From positions 1 through 63,878 of the forward strand of contig JBEKXK010000006.1 of NCBI GenBank assembly GCA_049512055.1: a stretch of DNA of 63,878 nucleotides, read 5' to 3'. Below the pieces are notes generated by a model. It was not told the origin of the DNA. It saw only the letters and a list, made by a program, of their open reading frames with translations, and did not search any database. The DNA is from Syntrophales bacterium (lineage in GTDB: Bacteria > Desulfobacterota > Syntrophia > Syntrophales > UBA2185). The stretch's first letter is position 1; each line of letters begins with the position of its first letter. Below are positions 1 through 8,944 of this stretch, piece after piece. The translations under genes and the position numbers were made by a program.

Positions 1-195
1 GGAATCTTCATCGAAACGGTTCCCTTCCTGATATACTTAATGGTCGTCGGAGCCATGATAACCTATAAAAGCAGCGCGCCCATCAGGGCCAGGTATAGCT
101 GGCTGCCTGCCAGTGTAAGGAGATTGGACGACAGGATATCCGGAAATATTGCCGGTAAAATCGAAAATCTCATTTTAAAAGCCGTGAAGAAATGA
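1..195 (+). CDS. 3' end of a gene running in from the left edge, probably the TetR-family regulator of the exporter operon
   Basis: Frame 1 is open from base 1 to TGA at 193-195 (GIFIETVPFLIYLMVVGAM...LILKAVKK*). It ends 13 nt before tolC. The TetR call rests on context (ybhGFSR-like operons) only. Confidence 0.5.
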   Translation, partial: GIFIETVPFLIYLMVVGAMITYKSSAPIRARYSWLPASVRRLDDRISGNIAGKIENLILKAVKK

Positions 196-208
196 AGGGA
201 AGGGGAAT

Positions 209-1549
209 ATGCAGACGAAGAATATGCATGTGATTTTTTCTGCGACGATATTGCTTTTCTGTATTACTTATGAGACAGCTCTATCTGCCGAAAGGCTCAC
301 TCTGCAACAGAGTATCGATGTGGCCTTAAGGCAGAGTGTCCTCATCCAGTCGGCCCAGGAAGGCGTAAAAGGGGCGGAAGCCCAGAAGAAGGAAGCCTTT
401 ACAGGATTCCTGCCGAAGTTCAGCACCTATTATAGTTACTCGCGGCTGAATGTCGACCCGACGCTGAGTGCCACCCTTCCGGCTCCCCTGGGTCCCATCA
501 CATTGGTCACAGGGACAAAAGATAATTACAGTTGGGCTGTGGAAGTGAAACAACCGATCTTTGCCGGCGGCGGAATACTCGCAAATTATGAGGCCGGCCG
601 GCTCGGCCATGAAATCGCGTCACTGGAGGAAACGGCAGTAGTCCAGGACATGGTCCAGGAGGTTAGGGTAGCTTATTTCAATGTTCTGAAGGCGGAGAGG
701 GGCCTCGACGTGGCAAGACAATCGGTGGAGCAGCTCGACGCGCACCGCAGCATGGCCCAGGATTTTTTTGATGTCGGAGTGATTCCCAAGAACGATCTCC
801 TCCGCGCCGAGGTGGAACTCGCGAACGGCAGGCAGAATCTCGTCAGGGCGGAAAACGCGGTGGAGACAGCAAAAGCCAAATTCAATACCGTCCTCCGTAG
901 GGAAATCGATACACCGACTGAAGTCGAAGACATTCTTGCCCTGAGGCCGTACACAAAGACCTTCGATGAATGCCAGAAGCTTGCCATGGAAAACAGGCCG
1001 GAAGTGAAGTCCTACACCCGGAAAGTCGAACAGTCACAGAAACTGGTGAAACTGGCCAAGAGTGAATATCTCCCTTCCATAAATGTGGTCGGCCATTTTG
1101 AACGCTACGGCGACAACGCCAATGTTAACGGCAGCCCCTATAAGAATCAGGACAACACGTATGTCATGGGAATGGCCACCTGGAATTTCTGGGAGTGGGG
1201 CCGAACAAAAAACCGGGTCGACGCCAGCCGCTCCCGGGAGAATCAAACAGCATACGCCTTGGACAATATAAAAGATCAGGTCACTCTCGATGTAAAGAAC
1301 GCCTGGTTGGCGCTCCATGAGGCCGAAAAGCAGGTGGCGGTTACAAAAAAGTCGATTGAGCAGGCAGATGAGAACTTTCGTGTCAGTACGGAAAGATACC
1401 GGGAGCATGTGGGAACGTCAACGGACGTCATCGATGCGCAGACCCTGCTTACAAAGGCGAAAACGGATTACTTCAATGCCCTAAGCGATTACAACATAAG
1501 CATAGCCAGACTGGAGAGGGCGATGGGTGTGCGGGAGGTCTTGCCATGA
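209..1549 (+). CDS. TolC-family outer membrane efflux protein
   Basis: Signal peptide, LTLQQSIDVAL start, LPKFS/LPSIN repeats, VKQPIFAGG, DVIDAQ..L, C-terminal LERAMG. Confidence 0.93.
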   Translation: MQTKNMHVIFSATILLFCITYETALSAERLTLQQSIDVALRQSVLIQSAQEGVKGAEAQKKEAFTGFLPKFSTYYSYSRLNVDPTLSATLPAPLGPITLVTGTKDNYSWAVEVKQPIFAGGGILANYEAGRLGHEIASLEETAVVQDMVQEVRVAYFNVLKAERGLDVARQSVEQLDAHRSMAQDFFDVGVIPKNDLLRAEVELANGRQNLVRAENAVETAKAKFNTVLRREIDTPTEVEDILALRPYTKTFDECQKLAMENRPEVKSYTRKVEQSQKLVKLAKSEYLPSINVVGHFERYGDNANVNGSPYKNQDNTYVMGMATWNFWEWGRTKNRVDASRSRENQTAYALDNIKDQVTLDVKNAWLALHEAEKQVAVTKKSIEQADENFRVSTERYREHVGTSTDVIDAQTLLTKAKTDYFNALSDYNISIARLERAMGVREVLP

Positions 1550-2556
1550 AGAAGAGAATAATCGTTATAGTTTTTATCGTTCTCCTTGTAGGTGTCGGGT
1601 CCCTGGTCTATTTTGGACAGTGGCAGTCCCAGCGGGGCGAACTTTATTATTCCGGGACGATTGAGGCGACTAATTCCAATCTCGCCTTTCAGGCAAGCGG
1701 CCGTGTCATCAACGTGGCTGTCCGGGAAGGCTATGCCGTCAAAAAGGATCAACTCATTGCCGAGCTTGATCCAACGGAATATCAGTCAAAAAAAGAGCAG
1801 GCGCAGGCAAATCATGCCCGGTCGATCAAGACACGGGATCAACTGGCCACAATGCTTAATATATACAAAAGCACACTTCCTGCCGATGTCGTGAGGGCCG
1901 CGACAAATGTCACAAGCGCCAGGGACGTCATGGATGACGCGCAGAGGAATTATCAGCGGTATGAGCAATTGTTCAAGCGCGGCGTAGTCACGGAAAAGGA
2001 AAGGGACTCCGTAAAGCTCGGCTATGATACGGCTAAGTCCAGACTCGATGACGCGGAAGCCGCATTGAGACAGGCAAAGAGCAACCTGAAGAAGATTGAA
2101 GCAACGGAACAGGAAATCGAAGCATCCACGTCTCAGATCAAACAGGCCAAAGCTGCTCTCGAACAGTCCGACATTCAATTGCAATACTGCCGGCTGCTCG
2201 CCCCCTACAACGGGATCATCACGAGCCGCAACGTTGAACCCGGAGAAGTGGTCAGCCCCGGCCGCGAGGTCTTGACTATGGCCGATCTCGAGACTGTGGA
2301 CCTGAAAATATTTGTGGATGAGACAGAAATCGGAAAGGTGAAACCGGGGCAGGATGTGGATGTGAAGATCGATACCTTTCCCAATAAGATTTACAAAGGG
2401 AAGGTGACATTCATCTCACCGGAAGGTGAATTTACACCTAAGATAATTCAGACCAAGAAAGAAAGGGTGAAACTGGTGTACCTTGTGAAGGTCTCCATTC
2501 CCAATCCTTCTTTCGAACTGAAGTCCGGCATGCCGGCGGACGCCTGGCTGCGGTAA
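1546..2556 (+). CDS. HlyD-family membrane fusion protein (YbhG-like)
   Basis: N-terminal TM, SGTIEA, lipoyl halves (GRVINVAVREG, APYNGII..RNVEPGE), coiled coil, YbhG-type EFTPKIIQT motif. Confidence 0.93.
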   Translation: MKKRIIVIVFIVLLVGVGSLVYFGQWQSQRGELYYSGTIEATNSNLAFQASGRVINVAVREGYAVKKDQLIAELDPTEYQSKKEQAQANHARSIKTRDQLATMLNIYKSTLPADVVRAATNVTSARDVMDDAQRNYQRYEQLFKRGVVTEKERDSVKLGYDTAKSRLDDAEAALRQAKSNLKKIEATEQEIEASTSQIKQAKAALEQSDIQLQYCRLLAPYNGIITSRNVEPGEVVSPGREVLTMADLETVDLKIFVDETEIGKVKPGQDVDVKIDTFPNKIYKGKVTFISPEGEFTPKIIQTKKERVKLVYLVKVSIPNPSFELKSGMPADAWLR

Positions 2557-2635
2557 AAATCCCTCCCAACCTCCCTTTTACAAAGGGAGGAGTCGACAGG
2601 TTCCCACTTTGAAAAGGGGGGATTGAGGGGGATTT
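2557..2635. repeat. REP-like inverted pair (CCTCCCTTT..CAAAGGGAGG family)
   Basis: AAATCCCTCCCAACCTCCCTTTTACAAAGGGAGG ... CCCACTTTGAAAAGGGGGGATTGAGGGGGATTT; the ends are mutually complementary. A related half-unit lies at 7299-7333. Confidence 0.75.
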
Positions 2636-2709
2636 CTCAATCGGGGTTTTGAAATCTTCCCGGCTCTCTTTTAATTGAAAGGGGACGAACGTTTCGGAGA
2701 GCGCCGACA

Positions 2710-3474
2710 ATGGTCGCAGACAAAAGATCTTACATTTCTATAGAGAATGTTTCCATGCGCTTCGGCGATGTGGAGGCAGTGCATGATCTTTCCCTATCCA
2801 TCGAGCAGGGAACAATCTTCGGTCTCGTAGGGTCCGATGGGGCGGGAAAATCAACACTGCTGCGGATGGTGGCGACCATGATCCGGCCTGCATCGGGGAA
2901 AATTCTGATCGGCACTATCAACGTTGTCATGGACAAACAGCGGGTAAAACCTTTGATCGGCTACATGCCGCAGCGTTTTGGTCTCTACCAGGACCTGACA
3001 GTTGATGAAAATATGCAATTCTTCATGGACGTCTTTAATGTTCCAAGGCGAGAACGTGCGCAGAGAAGACAGAAGTACCTCGGATTTTCCAATCTGCTCC
3101 CCTTTGTCAATCGTCAGGCAGGCAACCTCTCCGGCGGAATGAAACAGAAACTGGGATTGGCCTGCGTTCTGGTCCATGAACCGAAGGTGTTGATCCTGGA
3201 CGAGCCGACGAACGGCGTGGATCCTGTTTCACGGCAGGAGTTCTGGGAAATACTCGCCCAGATGCGCGCAGATGGCATGACCATCATGGTGTCCACCGCT
3301 TATCTCGATGAGGGAGAAAAATGCGACCGTCTGGCGCTAATGCATCGTTCCCGCGTTCTTGACATTGCTGCGCCGCAGGAAATACGCGGACGTTACGCAA
3401 GCCTCGAAGAGGCCATGATCAAGCGCATCCAGGAAGTGGATGAGGAGATTGTTCATGATTCCTTCAAACGCTGA
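2710..3474 (+). CDS. ABC transporter ATP-binding protein (first half of YbhF-like pair)
   Basis: Walker A GSDGAGKS, LSGGMKQK signature, LILDEPT Walker B. Confidence 0.93.
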   Translation: MVADKRSYISIENVSMRFGDVEAVHDLSLSIEQGTIFGLVGSDGAGKSTLLRMVATMIRPASGKILIGTINVVMDKQRVKPLIGYMPQRFGLYQDLTVDENMQFFMDVFNVPRRERAQRRQKYLGFSNLLPFVNRQAGNLSGGMKQKLGLACVLVHEPKVLILDEPTNGVDPVSRQEFWEILAQMRADGMTIMVSTAYLDEGEKCDRLALMHRSRVLDIAAPQEIRGRYASLEEAMIKRIQEVDEEIVHDSFKR

Positions 3475-4231
3475 GGCCGTAGCTGTAACGGCTCTGGAAA
3501 AGCGGTTCGGCGCCTTCGTCGCGGTGGATAAGATTACCTTCTCCGTAAGAAGAGGAGAAATCTTCGGTTTCCTCGGGCCCAACGGCTCCGGGAAATCGAC
3601 GACCATCCGCATGCTCTGCGGCATACTGACCCCCACTTCGGGGAGCGGCCATGTGGCAGGACACGATATCGTGAAAGAGCCCGAGGAAATCAAAAAATCT
3701 ATCGGGTACATGTCCCAAAAGTTTTCCCTCTATGAAGACCTGAGCCCATACGAAAATATCAGATTCTATCTGGGCATCTACGCTGTGCCCGAGAACCAGT
3801 GGAAAGAGCGCATTGACTGGATTCTGGATATGACGCAGCTCGGGGAGGCGCGTAATCGATACACCCGGGAATTGCCGCAGGGCTGGCGTCAGCGTCTCGC
3901 CTTAGGCTGTGCCCTCCTCCACCGCCCGGACATCCTTTTCTTGGATGAACCCACCTCCGGTGTGGATCCGATTACACGCCAGCACTTCTGGGATTTCATT
4001 CGTCAACTGGCTGCGGAGGGAATCACGGTATTTGTTACAACACACTATATGGATGAAGCCCGGCATTGCGGGCGCATTGTAATGATCAACGAGGGCAAGA
4101 TAGTTGCTGTCGGCAGCCCCGCAGAAATAATTGCTGCGGCATGTCCGGGTCGTCCTGACGCCGACTTGAATGAAGCCTTTATCACCCTCATGTCTGGGAA
4201 AGTAAATTCTGATGGGGTATTTCACCATTGA
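3455..4231 (+). CDS. ABC transporter ATP-binding protein (second half of YbhF-like pair)
   Basis: GPNGSGKS, LPQGWRQR, FLDEPTSG, TTHYMDEA. Start placed at ATG 3455 behind GAGGAG. Confidence 0.93.
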   Translation: MIPSNAEAVAVTALEKRFGAFVAVDKITFSVRRGEIFGFLGPNGSGKSTTIRMLCGILTPTSGSGHVAGHDIVKEPEEIKKSIGYMSQKFSLYEDLSPYENIRFYLGIYAVPENQWKERIDWILDMTQLGEARNRYTRELPQGWRQRLALGCALLHRPDILFLDEPTSGVDPITRQHFWDFIRQLAAEGITVFVTTHYMDEARHCGRIVMINEGKIVAVGSPAEIIAAACPGRPDADLNEAFITLMSGKVNSDGVFHH

Positions 4232-5361
4232 GACTCAGAAATATTCAAGCTGTCACTCGCAAGGAGTTTTATCATCTGATAAGGGATTTCCGGAGCCTGT
4301 ATCTGGCGTTTGCCCTTCCGCTGCTGCTCATTCTGCTCTTCGGCTATGCCTTGAGTCTTGATGTCGATAATGTGGAAACGGTCGTGGTGGATCATGACAA
4401 TACAGATCTGAGCCGGGACTTCATACAGCATCTCGGCGCCTCCCCGTATTTTCATATTGGGGCGCACCTGCCCAATACAAAAGCCGCCATCGAATATTTA
4501 GACCGTGGGCGGGCGATACTTGCGGTCATAATACCCCCCAACTGGACGAGGGATATCCGCTCGGACCGTGCAGCTCAACTGCAGGTCCTTCTTGATGGGA
4601 GCGACCCCAGCTTTGCCAATATCACGCGGGGATATGTGAATGCCTTCGTCTCACAGTACAATCAGAAACTGCTTGTCGCATTCCTCGACCGTCAGGGCAT
4701 GGAGCAGATAAAACCGCCTATCAATGGCCGGGTACGCGTGTGGTTTAACGAAGACCTGGAGAGCCGTAATTTCATAGTTCCCGGCATGATTGCCGTCATC
4801 ATCATGATCGTGGGGGCCATGCTGACCTCCTTGGTCATCGCACGGGAATACGAGAACGGGACGATGGAAACGATCAAGTCTCTGCCGCTCTCTGCCGGCG
4901 ATTTGCTGATCGGCAAGGCGATCCCGTATTTCTTTGTCGGTCTGACCGATGTCCTTATTTCCATTCTCATGGGGCAGGTTCTCTTCGGAGTCGTCATGAA
5001 GTCCAGCTTCTGGCTGATGATATTAGCCTCTTCCATTTATCTGTCTGTAGCGTTGACGCTGGGTCTCGCCATTTCCTGCATCACGAAAACTCAACTGCTC
5101 GCCAATCAGGGCGCCATTCTTCTGACTTACCTTCCATCGCTGCTTCTGTCGAATTTCGTCTTCCCTGTGGTCAACATGCCGACGGTCCTGCAGCTTGTGA
5201 CATACGTCGTTCCCGCCACCTATTATGTCAATATTCTGAGCGGCTTATATCTGCGGAACCTTGGACTCGCCCATCTATGGCCGAGTTACTTAGTCATGAC
5301 TTTCATGTTTGCCGTTCTCGCAGTCCTGAACTATGTATTGCTCAAGAAGGAGGGGCTGTAA
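4228..5361 (+). CDS. ABC-2 permease (YbhS-like)
   Basis: KEFYHLIRD start, large extracytoplasmic loop, REYENGTME motif, several TM helices. Confidence 0.92.
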   Translation: MRLRNIQAVTRKEFYHLIRDFRSLYLAFALPLLLILLFGYALSLDVDNVETVVVDHDNTDLSRDFIQHLGASPYFHIGAHLPNTKAAIEYLDRGRAILAVIIPPNWTRDIRSDRAAQLQVLLDGSDPSFANITRGYVNAFVSQYNQKLLVAFLDRQGMEQIKPPINGRVRVWFNEDLESRNFIVPGMIAVIIMIVGAMLTSLVIAREYENGTMETIKSLPLSAGDLLIGKAIPYFFVGLTDVLISILMGQVLFGVVMKSSFWLMILASSIYLSVALTLGLAISCITKTQLLANQGAILLTYLPSLLLSNFVFPVVNMPTVLQLVTYVVPATYYVNILSGLYLRNLGLAHLWPSYLVMTFMFAVLAVLNYVLLKKEGL

Positions 5362-5362
5362 C

Positions 5363-6484
5363 ATGAACTGGCTTCGCATCCGGGAACTTGTCCGTAAGGA
5401 GTTTATTCTCCTCTTCCGCTACAGGAGAAGCAGGCGTGTTCTCATCGTTGCGCCGCTTCTCCAGCTGCTCTTGTTCGGATACGTCGTGAATTATGATATC
5501 AGAGTCATCCAGATCGCTATTCTTGATCAGTCCGGGACACGGGAAAGCCGCATGGTAGCTGACGCCTTCAGCGCCAATAAAATATTCAGGATTACCCAGA
5601 TTTTGCAGAACGACCGTGAACTGGAGCAGGCGCTGTTAGACACAAAGGTCGATATGGCGATCAAGATCGGACCCGACCTAAGCAAGAAAATCAGAAAAGG
5701 AGAAACGGCGGAGATTCAAATCATCGCCGATGGGACCATGAGCAACATGGCGTCCATCCGGATAGCTTATGCCATGCTGGTCATTGATAAGTTGAACCAG
5801 GACCTGCTCAAGGAGCTGTATCCCCGGCACATGGATTACGGTAAAATCGACGCGAGAATCAGAACGTGGTACAATCCAAACCTTGACAGTCAGTATTTCT
5901 TCGTTCCCGGCATCGTCGCTTTTGTGATTATGCTGATCGCTCTGCTCTTGACCTCGATTGCCATCATCAGGGAAAAAGAGGCAGGCACAATCGAGCAGTT
6001 AATCGTGACTCCGTTAAAGCCTATCGAACTCATCGTGGGAAAAACGATCCCTTATATAATCATCTCAATCCTGCAGATGGTAGCGGTTACGATCATCGCC
6101 GTTGTCTGGTTTGAGATACCGCTTGCCGGGAGTGTTGTCCTGCTCTTTGTAGCCACATTGCTCTTTCTTCTCTCCACTCTGGGTGTGGGTCTCTTTATCT
6201 CCACCGTTTCCTCAACACAGCAGCAGGCCATGATGACGACATTCTTCTTTCTCCTTCCCTTCTTCATGCTCAGCGGCTTTGTCTTTCCCATTGTCAACAT
6301 GCCCGTTGTCGTTCAGTGGTTGACATACCTGAACCCTTTGAGGTATTTTCTGGTTATCATCAGAGGCATTTTCCTGAAGGGCATTGGTCTTGAAATTCTC
6401 TGGCCCCAGTGTGCGGCATTGACCATAATCGGTCTTGTGGTGTTTACCGCTGCTGTAAGACGTTTCAGGAAGCGCCTTGACTAA
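5363..6484 (+). CDS. ABC-2 permease (YbhR-like)
   Basis: KEFILLFR, WYNPNLDS..FFVPG, REKEAGTIEQLIVTP, LSGFVFP. Start ATG 5363 behind AGGAGG. Confidence 0.92.
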   Translation: MNWLRIRELVRKEFILLFRYRRSRRVLIVAPLLQLLLFGYVVNYDIRVIQIAILDQSGTRESRMVADAFSANKIFRITQILQNDRELEQALLDTKVDMAIKIGPDLSKKIRKGETAEIQIIADGTMSNMASIRIAYAMLVIDKLNQDLLKELYPRHMDYGKIDARIRTWYNPNLDSQYFFVPGIVAFVIMLIALLLTSIAIIREKEAGTIEQLIVTPLKPIELIVGKTIPYIIISILQMVAVTIIAVVWFEIPLAGSVVLLFVATLLFLLSTLGVGLFISTVSSTQQQAMMTTFFFLLPFFMLSGFVFPIVNMPVVVQWLTYLNPLRYFLVIIRGIFLKGIGLEILWPQCAALTIIGLVVFTAAVRRFRKRLD

Positions 6485-6500
6485 CGACGGGGCAGGCATC

Positions 6501-7205
6501 ATGACAACTTCTGATTCTTCTCTAAAACATAACCCTTTCGGAGAACTGAAGAAATGCGTCGGACGCAAGACGCAGCCCAAGCCATCGTCCGCTCGCGTAT
6601 CCAAATCTGAGCTGGAGCCTGCCCGCGATCCGGAAATTGAAGAACAGGTTTTTCTCGAAGCCGTTCAGGATGTGAAACCGATGCAGCAGGACAAACGCGC
6701 GGCGAATAATATCAGGAGCAGGCCGCCGGAGACCGTCAAGGAGTCCCCGGAAACGGCAATCGTCGGTCAGCTTACGAATCTCGTAAAATATGGGGAGGGC
6801 TTCGTCATTTCGGATACGCCGGAGTACATCGAGGGCACAGGCTATGACGTGCATCCAGAGTTTGCGGGGAGACTCCATCGCGGTGATTTTTCCATACAGG
6901 CCCACGTTGATTTTCACGGGCAGAGCGTAGCAGAGGCAAAGAAGACATTCGAAGAGTTCCTAAATGGGGCTGTCAAATTGGGCAAGAGGGCGGTCCTGAT
7001 CATTCACGGACGCGGCCTCTCTTCGCCGGGCGAACCACTGTTGAAAAATAACGTCCATGAGTGGCTAACCCGCGGACACTGGCGCAAGTGGGTGATCGCC
7101 TTTTCAAGCGCGCAATCTTATGACGGCGGCGCAGGCGCAACATACGTTCTCCTCCGCCAACGGCCTGTTTCAAAGCATGCGCGAAAGGGACGACGAGAGG
7201 AATAA
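6501..7205 (+). CDS. Smr-domain protein (SmrA/SmrB-like)
   Basis: LHRGDF..VDFHG, IIHGRG, DGGAGATYVLL are Smr domain motifs. Confidence 0.88.
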   Translation: MTTSDSSLKHNPFGELKKCVGRKTQPKPSSARVSKSELEPARDPEIEEQVFLEAVQDVKPMQQDKRAANNIRSRPPETVKESPETAIVGQLTNLVKYGEGFVISDTPEYIEGTGYDVHPEFAGRLHRGDFSIQAHVDFHGQSVAEAKKTFEEFLNGAVKLGKRAVLIIHGRGLSSPGEPLLKNNVHEWLTRGHWRKWVIAFSSAQSYDGGAGATYVLLRQRPVSKHARKGRREE

Positions 7206-7210
7206 TTCAT

Positions 7211-7333
7211 TGTCACTCCCGCCCTCGAATGTCCTTATCGGGGGTGTGGACGACGGAATGTAGTGCAGACCTTTAGGCCTGCTTTCTTCAACAGGACGTT
7301 CCCCCTTTCTTGAAGGGGGATTCAGGGGGATTT
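7211..7333. repeat. Composite REP-like repeats
   Basis: CCTCGAATGTCCTTATCGGGGG (7223-7244) is identical to 16853-16874. CCCCCTTTCTTGAAGGGGGATTCAGGGGGATTT (about 7301-7333) matches the right arm of the 2557-2635 element. Confidence 0.7.
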
Positions 7334-7359
7334 TAAATGCCCATACACGAGGTGATTCC

Positions 7360-7809
7360 ATGACGCATACTTTCTTGTTACAGGAGGGAGTCTGGATCGC
7401 CCGCGGCCATTACTTTGATGACAGGGAGCGAATGTTGCCGCTCGAGGGAATGGTCAGAATCACGCACCTGGAAGGTTTGTGGCTAAATGAAGGGCAAGCG
7501 GAAATCAAGATGGGAGAGAATCCTGTCAAGATCCACAGTCGCTATGAAATTATTCCTTTCGAAGAAGGCAAGAATCAGACGACCTGGGAATCCGTGAACC
7601 CCGACCTGGGTATCCTACAGGGCCGGTCCATCATTGTTGCCGATACGATCATCTCGACCTGCCGCTCAGAAAAAGGTGAATACACCGGGGCCGAATTCCA
7701 TATAAAAGCAAGTGACGTCTATTATAAGAATCGGGGCATTCTTTTTAAAGGAAATGACAAATTATCATCCTGGAGCGTAGATCTGAAAAAATCATCGCAA
7801 GATTTATGA
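7360..7809 (+). CDS. Hypothetical protein, probably an all-beta barrel
   Basis: 149-aa ORF with GAGGTG RBS and alternating strand-like pattern. No recognised catalytic motif. Confidence 0.65.
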   Translation: MTHTFLLQEGVWIARGHYFDDRERMLPLEGMVRITHLEGLWLNEGQAEIKMGENPVKIHSRYEIIPFEEGKNQTTWESVNPDLGILQGRSIIVADTIISTCRSEKGEYTGAEFHIKASDVYYKNRGILFKGNDKLSSWSVDLKKSSQDL

Positions 7810-7937
7810 AACCAATCTTTCCCGGCGTGATGATACGTCTCAGAAAACGGCTTGATTAAGTGGGGCGTTTCCTGTAAATATCCTGAACATCACGCCCGTA
7901 AAAACTTCGCCGAAGCCTGGTCAATGGAGAAGGGACA

Positions 7938-8927
7938 ATGCTGAAGGTCCTTGACGACGAATCCGCAATCAAAAGATACAGGCGACAATTCATAAAGAGC
8001 TTCAAACCTTTCATCGATGAAAAAATCCCTGTAAGTCTGGGCCATCCCGGCGCAACGGTCAAGGCTAAGGCCTTGTGGTCGCAGCGCCTCGGCATCTGGA
8101 TGGTGAACGAGAAGACGTCGGGAAGCAGGTACGGGCATGCATTCGGGGCGGAAAAACCGACGGGCACATCTCATATCCCGATTACATGCGAAATCAATTT
8201 CCCCGTAAAAGGGGTTGACAGGCGCATGGGCGGGGCGCTGGCGATAGACCGCAAGGGCCGAATATTCGTGGCGCACCGGGGCAGAATCGGCGGCGGCAAG
8301 AAAGGCGTCGGCAAGGCTCTGTTCGATGACCACTACAGGGGCGTTTGGGCAATCATGGAAGACGGTTCCGCGGAAACCACTGTGGCTTTAATAGGCGTCC
8401 TGAATTCGCCGCGGTTCGTCAGGCAGGTCAGTCAATTTATCCGCAAGGTTGACAGGATGAAAAATATTTTTTCATCCCGCACTTCTCAAGTGGAAATGTC
8501 TTTTGACGAGCTTCATTTCCGGGAAGAGCTTATCGGTGCGCGCTATGCGGACCCGCTGACCGATCCTGCATCGATGTGCGACCACGGTTTAATTGTAAAG
8601 GATTTATACGACGTACTTTCCCGCCTCGGTTTTAAAGCAGGGAATGACCCGGAAGGGGACATCCTTATTGTGAATGCCAGAAAAGAGATAACAGCCGTCT
8701 TTGAAGTAATCACAGATGCATCAATACACAGTATACAGTCTGCTGCCGCCCGGCTGCTCCTCGCCAACACCGAACTTCCGAAGCAACCCCGTCTGATTCT
8801 CGCTATCCCCGAGGCTGTCGATGAAACGCTCAATAGAAAACTGAAGAAGCTGGGCGTCGATATGCTGCCATACAATTGGAAGCATGATCAGGCTGTCTTC
8901 CCGGGACTCAACGAGCTGATCACATAA
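7938..8927 (+). CDS. Two-domain protein with a degenerate PD-(D/E)XK-like C-terminal domain
   Basis: N-domain motifs CEINFP, HRGRIGGGKKGVGK. C-domain HGLIV...GDILI...FEVITD...LLL fits a restriction-nuclease fold pattern with the EXK lysine replaced. Lies 17 nt upstream of the RM gene. Confidence 0.6.
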   Translation: MLKVLDDESAIKRYRRQFIKSFKPFIDEKIPVSLGHPGATVKAKALWSQRLGIWMVNEKTSGSRYGHAFGAEKPTGTSHIPITCEINFPVKGVDRRMGGALAIDRKGRIFVAHRGRIGGGKKGVGKALFDDHYRGVWAIMEDGSAETTVALIGVLNSPRFVRQVSQFIRKVDRMKNIFSSRTSQVEMSFDELHFREELIGARYADPLTDPASMCDHGLIVKDLYDVLSRLGFKAGNDPEGDILIVNARKEITAVFEVITDASIHSIQSAAARLLLANTELPKQPRLILAIPEAVDETLNRKLKKLGVDMLPYNWKHDQAVFPGLNELIT

Positions 8928-8944
8928 GTGCTAAGGGGTGTAAC

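Noticed and set aside
2710-4231. Two separate ABC ATPase genes as a broken ybhF
   Set aside because: Each has complete motifs and the second has its own strong RBS, consistent with a natural two-gene arrangement.
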